DNA of 64,000 nucleotides from Acidobacteriota bacterium (GTDB lineage: Bacteria; Acidobacteriota; UBA6911; RPQK01; JADFOI01). The notes under the pieces were generated by a model. That model was not told where the DNA came from. It saw only the letters and a list, made by a program, of their open reading frames with translations, and did no database searches. The translations under genes and the position numbers were made by a program. The DNA lies in NCBI GenBank assembly GCA_963663035.1, contig OY760074.1, positions 64,001 to 128,000 on the forward strand, read 5' to 3'. Shown here one piece after another: positions 53,344-63,725 of the stretch (the first letter of the stretch is position 1; each line of letters starts with the position of its first letter).

Positions 53344-54757
53344 TTCTGCAGTTCCACCCTCCGCAACCTCTCCAGAACAAGGTTCTGAGACGACCCAGCT
53401 CACTGTCCCTGATCTGCAGTCCAGCCTTCGAGCTTTCCTGGAGAATGAAATCTCGCCGCTAAACCTTCGAATCACTTATGAAGAGCTCCACCCCACCCAG
53501 GATGGACCCAGATTTGTGGTACACGGGACGGGGGAAATAGAACGGGAAGGAGAGGGAGCAGACGCCGGTGGGTACAACAAGTTAAGCGTCTTGAGCTTGG
53601 CTGAGATCGAGAACCTGGTCCGACTTCTCATTGACATTGAAGCTTGGGAGCAAAGGGTCCCTTGGCGTGAAACTGCCTCCGATGAGAGCCGAGCTTACCT
53701 CCGCGTGCAGGTGGGAGGAGCATCCTCCGAGATTTGGGAATGGTATGACGAGTTGGACAGTAACCTCCGGATTGTCAAGCTTCTTGATCAGTTGAAGAAA
53801 TTTGCCTTTCTGCAAGAGGACCCAGCTGTGGCGGTCAGAACGGCCAAAGCTCAGGTGAGAGAAGCGCCCCAGAGCAGGCCCTCCTCCACCTCCCGAGCTG
53901 ATGCCCCATCAGCGGCACCCAAAACGACAAGAAGCAGCCCAGACCAATCAGATAGGGTCGTATCCCAGCCTAGCGGGGAGGGGACTCAGCCTCAAGTGGC
54001 GGCTGGCCGCTCGACAGAAAGCCCGGATGACCCCACAAATGCTACGGTTGTCCTGGAAGGCGGGGAGAGAATTCCTGGCCTGGTGTCTGATCAGGAGATG
54101 AGCTCCGAGTTAATCGCCCTGGCCCAGAACGGTCAAAGCGAGGACCTTCAGGTCCTGCTCAATGCCGGTGCTGACCCCGATACCAGGGGCGAAGATGACG
54201 TCACCATTTTGATGGAGGCAGCCCGCCGAGGCCACACTGAAGCGGTGCGAGTCTTGCTGGATGTTGGTGCGGACGTGAATGCCAGGGATCGGATGGACCG
54301 TACTGCCTTGATGGAAGCTGCGGCTGAGGGCCACACCGACACGGTGGTGGTCTTGCTCGATCAAGGTGCGGAGGTGGACGCTGGTCAGGACCAGGGCTTT
54401 CCCCGTTCACTATTTCGAGCAGTGGGAACTGGACTGCGCTTCCTCGGTGGAATCGAGAGACCCAACTCCCAGGGCAGCTCAACTCCCCTTATGTTCGCGG
54501 CATCGAACGGTCACATTGACACCGTACAGCTTCTGCTCAGTCAAGGGGCCGATGTGCGTGCCAAGGACAATCAGGGTCGAACCAGCCTGATGATGGGGGC
54601 CAGCGCGGGCCACCTTGAAACGGTCCTGCTCTTGATCGAGGCCCGTGCCGAATTGAACGAGAAGGACAAACAGAATCATACTGCCCTCATGGAGGCAAGC
54701 CAGAACGGTCACTCTCAGATCGCACAATTTCTCAGGCGGGCTGGAGCTAAGGAATAG
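53344..54757 (+). pseudogene. Ankyrin-repeat protein, 5' end removed at IS3
   Basis: About 6 T(A/P)LMxAAxxGH..V..LL..GA repeats; ORF is open from inside the IS end. Confidence 0.75.
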
Positions 54758-54845
54758 CCCTCTCCTTGCCAGCTGTGCTTCGATTCGATACCCTCCGCTG
54801 TAACATTAGAGTTCAGAAACAATACCGAAGTGAGAAGGAGGATTT

Positions 54846-55253
54846 ATGAGTCAGGGAAAGGTTCGACTAGTCCTGTTAGTGCTGTTGGGCATCACGATCT
54901 TTGTGGCGGGATGGCTCACGGGACAACAGCGGGCAACGGCTGAGAAGACCACCGTTCACGCTGTTGCCTGGACCGCCGCTGAAGGGGCAACGGAACAGGG
55001 CCTGGCAGATTTCAAGAGAGCTACCGAAGAGATGATCACCGCGATGCCAGGATTAAAAAGAGCATGGGTAGGGGAACTTCGTCGACCCTTAGTTGTGGGA
55101 GACATCACCCGCACCCACGGCGTGATTTTGGAATTCGATGATCTGCAAAGCAGGGAGGACTATTCGAGCCATCCCAGCCGGGTCCCCTGGGCTGAAGCTT
55201 GGAATCAGGTGCGGGTGCCTCGCTCGACCAACTTTGACGTCAGCGGAGAATAG
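54846..55253 (+). CDS. Dabb-like stress-responsive alpha/beta barrel protein
   Basis: MPGLKRAWVG, HGVILEFDD..YSSHP; AAGGAGG RBS. Confidence 0.75.
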   Translation: MSQGKVRLVLLVLLGITIFVAGWLTGQQRATAEKTTVHAVAWTAAEGATEQGLADFKRATEEMITAMPGLKRAWVGELRRPLVVGDITRTHGVILEFDDLQSREDYSSHPSRVPWAEAWNQVRVPRSTNFDVSGE

Positions 55254-55290
55254 CCGCGGCTCTGTTTGAGCCTCGTCAGCTCCGTCAGAG

Positions 55291-55309
55291 CCGCAGGCTT
55301 CAGCCTGCG
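55291..55309. repeat. REP-like palindrome
   Basis: ccgcaggct-tc-agcctgcgg perfect hairpin after a stop codon. Confidence 0.5.
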
Positions 55310-55387
55310 GGCCGTTCCCACATTTCCATTGCCTTCTAACCTCCTGAAGGTCTACTATCTACAGACAGTCTCGTTATGCAGTCTTGA

Positions 55388-55467
55388 AGGGGGAGTTTCG
55401 TGCTCGGCAAGACCATCTCGCATTACAAGGTTCTTGAGAAAATTGGCCAGAAGGGTATCGGGAGGTG
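55388..55467 (+). pseudogene. Kinase RBS + N-terminal stub
   Basis: gggggagtttcgtgctcggcaagaccatc as at 30821; VLGKTISHYKVLEKIGQKG. Confidence 0.85.
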
Positions 55468-55470
55468 AAG

Positions 55471-57195
55471 ATGACAAGAAATGTGCCTGCGCTGTTTTTG
55501 TTGTTTCTTTTGGGGCTCTTCTCCCCTCCGGGATATTCCCAGGCAAGCCAATCGGTAACGTCTCTGCAGGATTTGCCCGCGGAAGTGCTGGCCTATCCTG
55601 AAATCGTTCTCTTCAATGGCAAGATCTTGACCGTGGATGAGGAGTTTTCAACGGTCGAAGCTCTGGCCATTCGAGGGGAGAGAATCTTGGCCGTTGGTGA
55701 TGATGCCAGGATCCTGAAGATGTTAGGGCCCCAGACACGGAGAATCGATCTTGAAGGTAAAACAGTACTTCCCGGCTTGATCGACACACACTATCACCTC
55801 AATGAGTACCCGGCCCGCCACATGCTGCTCACTGAAAAAGGGATCCAGTGGGAGGGGAATGTCGAGCTGCTGAGCGTGCTTTGGAAAGATGCCGCCCAGG
55901 CATTGCGCGACATCAAGCAAGCGGTGGATGCCGCAGGCCCGGGTGAACTGGTCCGAATCCCCAGCCGCAATCCCGATGTCGTCCAGGATGTGACCATGGA
56001 ACAGCTGGACTCAATCGCTCCGGACAATCCTGTGGTGATCGCTGCGGCAGTCCAGTTGCGCCCGGCGGCACTGAATTCAAAGGCCATACAATGGGCCGAG
56101 ATCCCTCCGGGTACACCCGGTTTACCCAGCGATGGTGCTGTCATGCTAACCGGCCCTGCTTCCGCCCTGGTGGCCCAGTATGTCAAGAGGGCCATGCCAG
56201 CCGAGAAGGTCATTTTCTGGCACAAGGAAACGATGGCCTTGGTCAATAGCTGGGGGTTGACCATGACGGTGACCCGAGTCACCCCTGATGACTTTAATTC
56301 TCTCCGCGAGATATGGCTCCAGGACCAGCTGACCGTCAGGTGGCGGATCGCCTTTCCCGGGCCTCTGGATATTCCCAACACGGGCAACGTCAGTGACATT
56401 GGGGACGATTGGCTGCGGATTTCAGGGGCGGGCGGGGGAGCTGTTCCGGGTTCAAGAGCTGCCTTTGGTCAATGGACGACCCAGGTGCCGATCACGGCTG
56501 AGGAGGTCGCCGGTTGGCCGCAAAGACGCCGCGACTTAGTGGAAGCTCTGCGTTATGGGTGGAGCGTCCCCAATAGTCACATCGTAGGCAATATTGCAGT
56601 TCGGGCGGTTCTGGACGCCATGGAGGAAGCACTGCAAGATCCCATTGTGAGGAGCTCCAACCAAAGATTAACCATGGACCACATGGTCGACCTGTTCTAT
56701 GAGGACTTCGCCAGAATCAAGGCCTTGGATGTGATCGCCAGCGTCAGGGTGAGGGATCTTTTCAGTGATGACCACTCCCTCGGCTCTTCCAGCCAGCAGG
56801 CGGTATTTGGTGCCGACTTTGTCAACAAAATGGCGCCTCTTCAGACCTACCTGGACAGCGGAATTCGCACCACGGTGGAAGGCGATATGGGCGACGAAAT
56901 GCTGGGCAGACCGCTCTGGACCATTGGGAAAGCGGTGTGTCGCTGCGTCGATGGGTCCACCCGGATTTGGAATGAAGGTCAAAAGGTTTCCCGCCAGGAT
57001 GCTCTTCGCATGAAGACAACCTGGGCGGCTGAGTACGTGGGAGATGAGAAGAAACTGGGGAGTCTGGAAGCGGGGAAACTGGCCGACCTGGTGGTTGTGG
57101 ATGGGGATTATATGACTGTGCCGGAGGATCAGATCTCTGAACTGGAGGTTGTTTTGACCATCGTGGGAGGTAAGGTCGTTCATTCCAGTAACTAA
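55471..57195 (+). CDS. Amidohydrolase-3 (YtcJ-like) secreted protein
   Basis: PGLIDTHYH, HIVGN, MDH, GSLEAGKLADLVV. Confidence 0.88.
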   Translation: MTRNVPALFLLFLLGLFSPPGYSQASQSVTSLQDLPAEVLAYPEIVLFNGKILTVDEEFSTVEALAIRGERILAVGDDARILKMLGPQTRRIDLEGKTVLPGLIDTHYHLNEYPARHMLLTEKGIQWEGNVELLSVLWKDAAQALRDIKQAVDAAGPGELVRIPSRNPDVVQDVTMEQLDSIAPDNPVVIAAAVQLRPAALNSKAIQWAEIPPGTPGLPSDGAVMLTGPASALVAQYVKRAMPAEKVIFWHKETMALVNSWGLTMTVTRVTPDDFNSLREIWLQDQLTVRWRIAFPGPLDIPNTGNVSDIGDDWLRISGAGGGAVPGSRAAFGQWTTQVPITAEEVAGWPQRRRDLVEALRYGWSVPNSHIVGNIAVRAVLDAMEEALQDPIVRSSNQRLTMDHMVDLFYEDFARIKALDVIASVRVRDLFSDDHSLGSSSQQAVFGADFVNKMAPLQTYLDSGIRTTVEGDMGDEMLGRPLWTIGKAVCRCVDGSTRIWNEGQKVSRQDALRMKTTWAAEYVGDEKKLGSLEAGKLADLVVVDGDYMTVPEDQISELEVVLTIVGGKVVHSSN

Positions 57196-57204
57196 GCCCG
57201 GACA

Positions 57205-59385
57205 ATGAAGCGAAGCCCCAGTGGCGGCGGATGGCCAGCCGTGCGATATGCCTGGCAGAAGAGCCAGCAAGTCGGTGGCCTTTTGCCAATGTGGAAGGCC
57301 TTGCGCACCAAGAATGCCTGCAAGACCTGTGCGCTGGGCATGGGTGGGCAAAAAGGGGGGATGGTCAACGAGATCGGTGGCTTTCCCGAAGTCTGCAAGA
57401 AATCCCTGCAGGCCATGGCCGCAGACATGCAGGGTGCAATCAAACCGGAGTTCTGGAGTACCTACTCCATTGAGGAACTCAGGAATCTCTCACCTCGCCA
57501 ACTCGAGTCGTGTGGTCGGCTGGTTCAGCCGGTGCTCTATAGGCGCGGCCAGAAATATTACCGCCCCATAGAGTGGCCCCAGGCCATGGAACTGATCGTC
57601 GCCAAACTCAAGAGTCTCCCCGCCCGGCAAACCTTTTGGTACTTCAGCGGACGCAGTTCCAATGAGGCGGGGTTTCTGCTGCAGCTCTTCGCCCGACTGT
57701 ATGGGACCAACAATGTGAACAACTGCAGCTACTACTGCCACCAGGCCAGCGGGGTGGGACTGACCCGTTCTTTGGGCAGCGGTACCGCCACCATTTTGTT
57801 GGAGGACCTGGAATGCGCCGATCTGGTTTTTGTCATCGGCGGCAATCCGGCCAGCAACCATCCGCGCCTGATGACCAGCCTGATGCGTGTGCGACGGCGC
57901 GGTGGCGAGGTGATCGTGGTCAACCCGGTGGTGGAAGCCGGGCTGGTGGAGTTTCGGGTACCCAGCAACCTGCGCAGCCTGTTGTTTGGGACCCAGATCG
58001 CCACCCTCTATATTCAACCCCATGTGGGGGGAGACCTGGCGCTGCTCAGCGGGATCGCCAAGCGGATTGATGAGATGGGGGCACAGGACGAAGCGTTTCT
58101 CCGCACCCATTGTGAGAATTATGACGAGTGGATCGGGCACCTGCGGAAAATCCCCTGGAGCGAAATCTGCACCAAGTCGGGCGTACGACAATCCGAGATC
58201 GACCAGATCGCCGAGAAGTACGCAGCGGCCAGGAAGGTTGTTTTCAGTTGGACTATGGGGATTACCCATCATGCCCATGGCGTCCAGAATGTGCAGGCGA
58301 TTGCCAATCTGGCCTTGATGCGAGCCATGGTGGGACGCCCTCACGCCGGTTTGTTGCCTATTCGCGGCCATTCCAATGTACAGGGCATTGGCAGTGTGGG
58401 AGTGACGCCAAAGCTCAAGCGTCAGATCTTTGAACGTTTGCAGAACCACTTTGACGTGGAACTGCCGGTTGATGAGGGTCTGGACACACTGGGATGTATC
58501 GAGGCTTCCTATGCTGGCCGGTTGAAAATGGGATTCTGTCTGGGGGGGAACTTGTACGGCTCCAACCCGGATGCCCGCTATACTGGCGAGGCCCTCTCTC
58601 GGCTCGACATGCAGGTTTACCTGAGCACCACACTTAACACCGGACATGCTCACGGACTGGCTGAAGAGACACTGATTCTTCCCGTACGGGCACGTGACGA
58701 GGAAGCGCAGCCGACAACCCAGGAATCGATGTTTAACTTTGTTCGGCTGAGCGACGGTGGTCCGCCACGCCACCTCGGTCCGCGCGGAGAAGTTGAAATC
58801 ATTGCTGAGATTGCAGAGGGCGTACTGAGCAGCGGCGGACCCATCGACTGGCAGTCCATGGGCAACACCGGCCGTATCCGTGAAGCCATTGCCAAAGTGA
58901 TTCCCGGCTTTGAAAAGATGGGCAGGATCGACAAGACCAAAGAGGAGTTCCAGATCGAGGGCCGCACCTTCCACACCCCTCGCTTTCCCACCGATTCCGG
59001 CCGCGCGGTATTGAGCCCCCATGACCTGCCTGAACTGCAAGGCCGTGCTGGAGAGCTGCGGCTCATGACCGTACGGAGTGAGGGACAGTTCAACACGGTG
59101 GTCTACGAAGAGGAAGACCTGTACCGTGGTCAGGACCGCCGCGATGTCATCCTGGTCAATCCTCAAGACATCAAACGGTTGGGTCTCACCGAGAATGAAC
59201 GCGTGACGGTCCACAGCGAGATCGGATCGATGTCCGGCATTCTGGTGCGGCCCTTTCCTCAGATCAAGGCTGGCAATGCGCTGATGTACTACCCGGAGGC
59301 CAATCAGTTGGTGGCGCGCCACACCGACAAGTTGTCGCGGACGCCCGCCTTCAAGGGTGGTGTGGTCACCCTTGACAGAGATTAG
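57205..59385 (+). CDS. FdhF/YdeP-family molybdopterin oxidoreductase
   Basis: SGRSSNEA, NNCSYYCHQAS, RGHSNVQG, TVRSEGQFNT. Confidence 0.92.
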   Translation: MKRSPSGGGWPAVRYAWQKSQQVGGLLPMWKALRTKNACKTCALGMGGQKGGMVNEIGGFPEVCKKSLQAMAADMQGAIKPEFWSTYSIEELRNLSPRQLESCGRLVQPVLYRRGQKYYRPIEWPQAMELIVAKLKSLPARQTFWYFSGRSSNEAGFLLQLFARLYGTNNVNNCSYYCHQASGVGLTRSLGSGTATILLEDLECADLVFVIGGNPASNHPRLMTSLMRVRRRGGEVIVVNPVVEAGLVEFRVPSNLRSLLFGTQIATLYIQPHVGGDLALLSGIAKRIDEMGAQDEAFLRTHCENYDEWIGHLRKIPWSEICTKSGVRQSEIDQIAEKYAAARKVVFSWTMGITHHAHGVQNVQAIANLALMRAMVGRPHAGLLPIRGHSNVQGIGSVGVTPKLKRQIFERLQNHFDVELPVDEGLDTLGCIEASYAGRLKMGFCLGGNLYGSNPDARYTGEALSRLDMQVYLSTTLNTGHAHGLAEETLILPVRARDEEAQPTTQESMFNFVRLSDGGPPRHLGPRGEVEIIAEIAEGVLSSGGPIDWQSMGNTGRIREAIAKVIPGFEKMGRIDKTKEEFQIEGRTFHTPRFPTDSGRAVLSPHDLPELQGRAGELRLMTVRSEGQFNTVVYEEEDLYRGQDRRDVILVNPQDIKRLGLTENERVTVHSEIGSMSGILVRPFPQIKAGNALMYYPEANQLVARHTDKLSRTPAFKGGVVTLDRD

Positions 59386-59398
59386 AGAGCAATTTTGA

Positions 59399-59428
59399 TT
59401 GCTTTTACGCCACCTCAAGATTTAGCAT
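59399..59428 (+). promoter_or_regulatory. Promoter D copy
   Basis: TTGCTT-18-TAGCAT. Confidence 0.65.
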
Positions 59429-59462
59429 TGGGACCACTTGGTCAGGAAGTGGACGAGAGAAT

Positions 59463-60896
59463 ATGCACAAGGCAAGACAGATATCCTGGATTCTCTTGGG
59501 AGCGGTAACAGTTGCCCCATACCTTATACCAGCCTTCGCCCAGACAACCAACGATCCTTTTTCCACACCGATCGTCGCGGAGGAAGGCGTCATCAAGGTC
59601 GATTTCGTCGAGTTTGCCTCCATCCCCGACATAGACGGCGAGGCGGCGCGCGTGATGCTGCTGGTCGATGAGCCGGGCACGCGCCGCATGTTTGTCAATG
59701 ACATGCGCGGTCCGGTGTACAGCGTCAGCTACGACGGCCAGAGTGTTAAGCCGTATGTCGATGTCAACGCCGACAACTGGGGCGTCAGAGTCCAGTCGTC
59801 CGGCCGGGAGCGGGGCATGCAGAGCTTTGCCTTCCATCCACAGTTCGCTCAGGCCGGCACCCCGGGGTTCGGCAAGTTCTACATCTGGACCGACACCAGC
59901 AACACGGATCCGACGCCCGACTTCGTCCCTGGCGGAGGCGACAACACGCACGACACGGTCCTGTTGGAATGGACCGCCCGCACTCCCGGCGCCGCAACCT
60001 ATGATGGAGGCGCTCCGCGCGAAGTGCTCCGCTTCGAGCAACCCTTCCGCAACCACAACGGCGGTCAGATCGGGTTCAACCCGCTGGCTTCGCCCGCTGA
60101 TGCGGAGTTCGGCCTGCTCTACATCGGCGTCGCCGACGGTGGCAGCGGCGGTGATCCGCTCAACCTGGCGCAGAACCTCAACGCGGGTTTCGGGAAGATC
60201 ATGCGTATCGACCCGCTCGGGTCCAACAGCGCCAACGGCGAGTACGGGATCCCAGCTGACAATCCGTTCGCCAACGACGGCGACGACACCACTCTGGCTG
60301 AGATCTACGCCTATGGCACTCGTAATCCCCAGCACTTTGCCTGGGATTCCGCCAACGGCAATATGTTCTTCACGGAGATCGGCCAGAGCATCGTCGAGGA
60401 GGTCAGCCTGGTCACCGCGGGCGCCAACTTTGGCTGGAACGACTGGGAGGGCAGCTTCGAATTCATCAGCCGTTCCGAAGTGCGTCTCACCAACCAGCGC
60501 GGTGATCCCAGTGTCACCTATCCCCTGGCCGAGTACGACCACCGCGACCCGCTCCTGCAGGGAAGGTCCGCGGCCACCGGTGTTCACGTGTACCGCGGAA
60601 GCGCCATCCCACAGCTGGCCAACCGCGTGTTGTGGGGCGACTTGCCCAGCGGAGAGATCTTTTATTTCGACGCCGACAATTTGCCCAGTGGTGGACAGGC
60701 GGCCGTCCGCCGCGTTTTGCTCCTCCGCGATGGCGTAGGAAAGACGCTGCTCCAGCTCATCCAGGAGAAGAATCGCCAACAGGGCAAGGAAGCGGCTGCG
60801 CGTGTGGACCTGCGCATCGGTGCGGGACCGGATGGACAAGTGTTCATTATGAATAAGCACGACGGCACCATCCGTCTGCTGGTTCCCGGGAAGTAG
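59463..60896 (+). CDS. Glucose/sorbosone (PQQ-dependent) dehydrogenase-like protein
   Basis: NHNGGQIGF, DGGSGGDP, YGTRNP, GANFGW. Confidence 0.88.
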   Translation: MHKARQISWILLGAVTVAPYLIPAFAQTTNDPFSTPIVAEEGVIKVDFVEFASIPDIDGEAARVMLLVDEPGTRRMFVNDMRGPVYSVSYDGQSVKPYVDVNADNWGVRVQSSGRERGMQSFAFHPQFAQAGTPGFGKFYIWTDTSNTDPTPDFVPGGGDNTHDTVLLEWTARTPGAATYDGGAPREVLRFEQPFRNHNGGQIGFNPLASPADAEFGLLYIGVADGGSGGDPLNLAQNLNAGFGKIMRIDPLGSNSANGEYGIPADNPFANDGDDTTLAEIYAYGTRNPQHFAWDSANGNMFFTEIGQSIVEEVSLVTAGANFGWNDWEGSFEFISRSEVRLTNQRGDPSVTYPLAEYDHRDPLLQGRSAATGVHVYRGSAIPQLANRVLWGDLPSGEIFYFDADNLPSGGQAAVRRVLLLRDGVGKTLLQLIQEKNRQQGKEAAARVDLRIGAGPDGQVFIMNKHDGTIRLLVPGK

Positions 60897-60917
60897 CGAC
60901 TTGGCGGAGAAGAGTAC

Positions 60918-62351
60918 TCAGATCTCTTTCGCCGAGATGTCCAGCAGGCTCCGAGCGAACTGAGCGAAGTTGTAGACATCCGCAAAATTGCTGGCCAGCC
61001 CCAGGGAAACCCGGACGGCGCCGGCGCTCTGCCCGTCCTTCTGCTCGAGAACGCTCAGAAACTGATCCAGCGTCATACGCTCGTCGTCCTTGAAGGCTTC
61101 GGCCATCTGTTCCTTGCTGAGGCCATGGGCGATCTCGCTCGCTCCCGGGTTGCAGAAGCAGCCGGTTCGCAGGCAGATTCTGGACTGGTTGGCACGAATC
61201 TCGACACGCCGGTGGTCGACGAGTTTTCCGTCGGGGTCGTAGAAGTTCAAGGCCAGATTGCCGCCTCGCATGTGCATCTCCGTGGGACCGTAAATCCGAA
61301 CCAGCGGTACTCCAGTGGCATGGCGGAGGACCCTCAGTTCACCCAGCAGCCAGCTCATCAAGCAGCTTACGCGCCTGTGTATGGTTTCCATTCCGATGGA
61401 GGCCATGTGTCTCAGGCCGAACTCCACCGCAGGCAGGGAGAGATAATTGATTGTGCCCTCTTCGAATGCCGCCTCGCCCTCTGCCAGGTGATAATCGTCC
61501 GCCTGCACGGAGGCAATCGTGATGGTGCCCCCGGCGAACCACGGTCTGGAGAGCTTGGCCAGCGCCGACTTGCGAGCGAGCAGGCACCCCACGCCGGTGG
61601 GGTAGCCGAAGAGCTTGTAAAATGACATCACCACGAAATCAGGATGCCAGCGGCCCAGGTCGAGGCCATTAGTGGGGGCAAAGGCAGCGCAGTCCAGCAG
61701 CACATCCCAGCCCCTGGACTGGGCCTCCGCGATCCATTCCAGCGAGAATTGAACGCCCGATAAGTTGGACTGTGCCGGGTAGGCAAAGAGGTTCCTGCCA
61801 CCGGACATGTCCAGCTGTTTTCGCAAGCTGCGCTCGTCGACACGCAACTCAGGCGGAATGACCGGCACGTAGGCGACGGCAGCACCCTTTGAGCGGGCAA
61901 ACTCCCTGATGCCATTCACCGAGTTATGGTTATCAAAGGTCAACAGGTAGCGGTCGCCCGGACCGAACGGATAGGACTCACCGACCAGCTTGATGGCGGC
62001 CGTAGCGTTGGAGGTAAATATGGCGACGTACTCATCCGGCGAGGCATTGAAGAATTCGAGCACGTAGGCGCGTACCCTATCGACCCACAGCGTGGCGGCC
62101 TCCGAAGCGGAGTTGATCGAATGGGGGTTTCCGAAAACGTCGCCCCTCAGCAACTCCATGTGCTGGCGTATCTGTGAGTCGGAGTACAGCCCAGCCCCCG
62201 TGTAGTCGAGGTAGACGACGCCTTTTAGATCGAGGCGCGCGTACTCAGCTGCACGCATTTCATCCAGCGCTTGAGTGGACTCGTAGTCGGGATAGGCTTT
62301 TTTGAAGCGGGAGTATGCGGCAGTCAGACCGGTGGCGAGCGAATGGGCCAT
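60918..62351 (-). CDS. PLP class-V enzyme, molybdenum-cofactor-sulfurase-like
   Basis: YLDYTGAGLY, NHNSVNGIRE, SFYKLFGYPTG, RTGCFCNPG. Confidence 0.88.
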   Translation of the reverse strand: MAHSLATGLTAAYSRFKKAYPDYESTQALDEMRAAEYARLDLKGVVYLDYTGAGLYSDSQIRQHMELLRGDVFGNPHSINSASEAATLWVDRVRAYVLEFFNASPDEYVAIFTSNATAAIKLVGESYPFGPGDRYLLTFDNHNSVNGIREFARSKGAAVAYVPVIPPELRVDERSLRKQLDMSGGRNLFAYPAQSNLSGVQFSLEWIAEAQSRGWDVLLDCAAFAPTNGLDLGRWHPDFVVMSFYKLFGYPTGVGCLLARKSALAKLSRPWFAGGTITIASVQADDYHLAEGEAAFEEGTINYLSLPAVEFGLRHMASIGMETIHRRVSCLMSWLLGELRVLRHATGVPLVRIYGPTEMHMRGGNLALNFYDPDGKLVDHRRVEIRANQSRICLRTGCFCNPGASEIAHGLSKEQMAEAFKDDERMTLDQFLSVLEQKDGQSAGAVRVSLGLASNFADVYNFAQFARSLLDISAKEI

Positions 62352-62541
62352 AACCGAGTCTACCAACTCTCGATGGAGAAAATGAACAATAAATGGATTC
62401 TTTCCGCGACGATCGTCGACTCTTTACGAAACTTTACATACTTTTCCCGCCCTTTGTACATCCTTAGAGTATTAGTGTGAAGGTCAATTGAATTTCTTAA
62501 CGCCTACACCAAAACGGGCTAACAAAGGGAGGGTTACTAAT

Positions 62542-63279
62542 TTGAAAAAGACAATCATGACGACGACGGCAGTGTGGCTGGGAATGGTCTGTGTCGGAGT
62601 TTCAGCCCCACAGTATCAAGGATCTCCAGAGATCAGCGAACCTCTTTCAACAGAGGACCAGCTTCGTTCCACCCTGGACGATGTGGTCATCCCGAGAAAG
62701 ACGGAGCTTTTCATCACTTTACAGCAAACCCTGAGTACAAAAGCTGCTGGAGGAGGACACAAATTCTTCGGGAAGCTGGTCGTGCCGGTGACAGCAAACG
62801 ACAGGATCATTATCCCAGTCCAGAGCTATGTCATTGGACATGTCCTAGCCTCCAGCGAACCCGGATATCTCCAGGGTGGTGCTGAACTGCTCTTGGCATT
62901 CGACAGCATTATTTTGCCGGATGGTACGACCCGGCAGATCGAGGCAGTCGTCCAATCGGCGGAAGGGGTGAGTACCAATCAGACCGATGAACAGGGGACA
63001 CTCCAAGCTCCTGGGAACCAGGGAGAAGAAACCGTGTCCGGTGCGACCAAAGGGGCCGTACTGGGAGGAGTCATTGGGGTTGCCAGTGGTAGAAATCTGA
63101 AGGGATTGGGAGTTGGTGCCGCAATCGGATCAGCGGCAGGCGCACTGATCGGGTTGTTCAAAAAGGGGGATGACGTAGAGCTGAGGAAGGGAACCACTGT
63201 GACCATCCAACTCAAGAGCGAAATCCGTTTTGTCAGCTTACCTCCCAGGAATGCATCCAGGGTTCCCATGTCACGATAG
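62542..63279 (+). CDS. Secreted VirB10-like/glycine-zipper protein
   Basis: Signal peptide, LAFDSIILPDG, GAxxGxxxG zipper, DVELRKGT. Confidence 0.7.
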   Translation: MKKTIMTTTAVWLGMVCVGVSAPQYQGSPEISEPLSTEDQLRSTLDDVVIPRKTELFITLQQTLSTKAAGGGHKFFGKLVVPVTANDRIIIPVQSYVIGHVLASSEPGYLQGGAELLLAFDSIILPDGTTRQIEAVVQSAEGVSTNQTDEQGTLQAPGNQGEETVSGATKGAVLGGVIGVASGRNLKGLGVGAAIGSAAGALIGLFKKGDDVELRKGTTVTIQLKSEIRFVSLPPRNASRVPMSR

Positions 63280-63331
63280 GCTGCGGCGGCGGATGCGGAC
63301 AACCAGGATATAATGCTGATCAGTATAAACA

Positions 63332-63619
63332 TTGTCCGCCAACATGCTGTTCAGAAAAGACTACATCAAGAAATTGACCGCCGAGCTGCCAATGAGCAAG
63401 GGCGAACTGCTCGGGAAAATCCTGGAATTGCACCCGGAGAAGAGCTTTAAAGATCTCTTTGTGGTTGCCGACGAAGAGGATCGCTACGTGGCCATAGCAA
63501 CTTACCAAGTCGATGACACCTACCGGGGACATCCGCCATCCCTCGCTTACGCAATCTACAAACTCGATTCAAGGGTCGAAGCGATCGATCACGCAGGCTA
63601 CGGCCTGGGAATCAAGTGA
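63332..63619 (+). CDS. Hypothetical protein
   Basis: Protein-like 95-aa ORF; start uncertain. Confidence 0.45.
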   Translation: MSANMLFRKDYIKKLTAELPMSKGELLGKILELHPEKSFKDLFVVADEEDRYVAIATYQVDDTYRGHPPSLAYAIYKLDSRVEAIDHAGYGLGIK

Positions 63620-63627
63620 GGTTCGCA

Positions 63628-63693
63628 GACTCACTCCAGACCAGATAAGCGGCAGAATTGATTGCCTTTTTACCCCCTACAGACTTAGCATTG
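63628..63693 (+). promoter_or_regulatory. Repeat E remnant + promoter D (TTGCCT-18-TAGCAT)
   Basis: Hexamers at 63662 and 63686. Confidence 0.65.
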
Positions 63694-63725
63694 AGGAGAA
63701 TGACGCCAGAGATGAGCGGGACTCT

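Noticed and set aside
40977-60860. Long antisense ORFs (40977-43061, 44935-46296, 57490-59418, 59442-60860)
   Set aside because: Shadows of GC-rich genes on the opposite strand with no recognisable motifs
5970-63646. CRISPR array from repeats A or E
   Set aside because: Repeats are kilobases apart, degenerate and protein-derived; no regular spacers or cas genes
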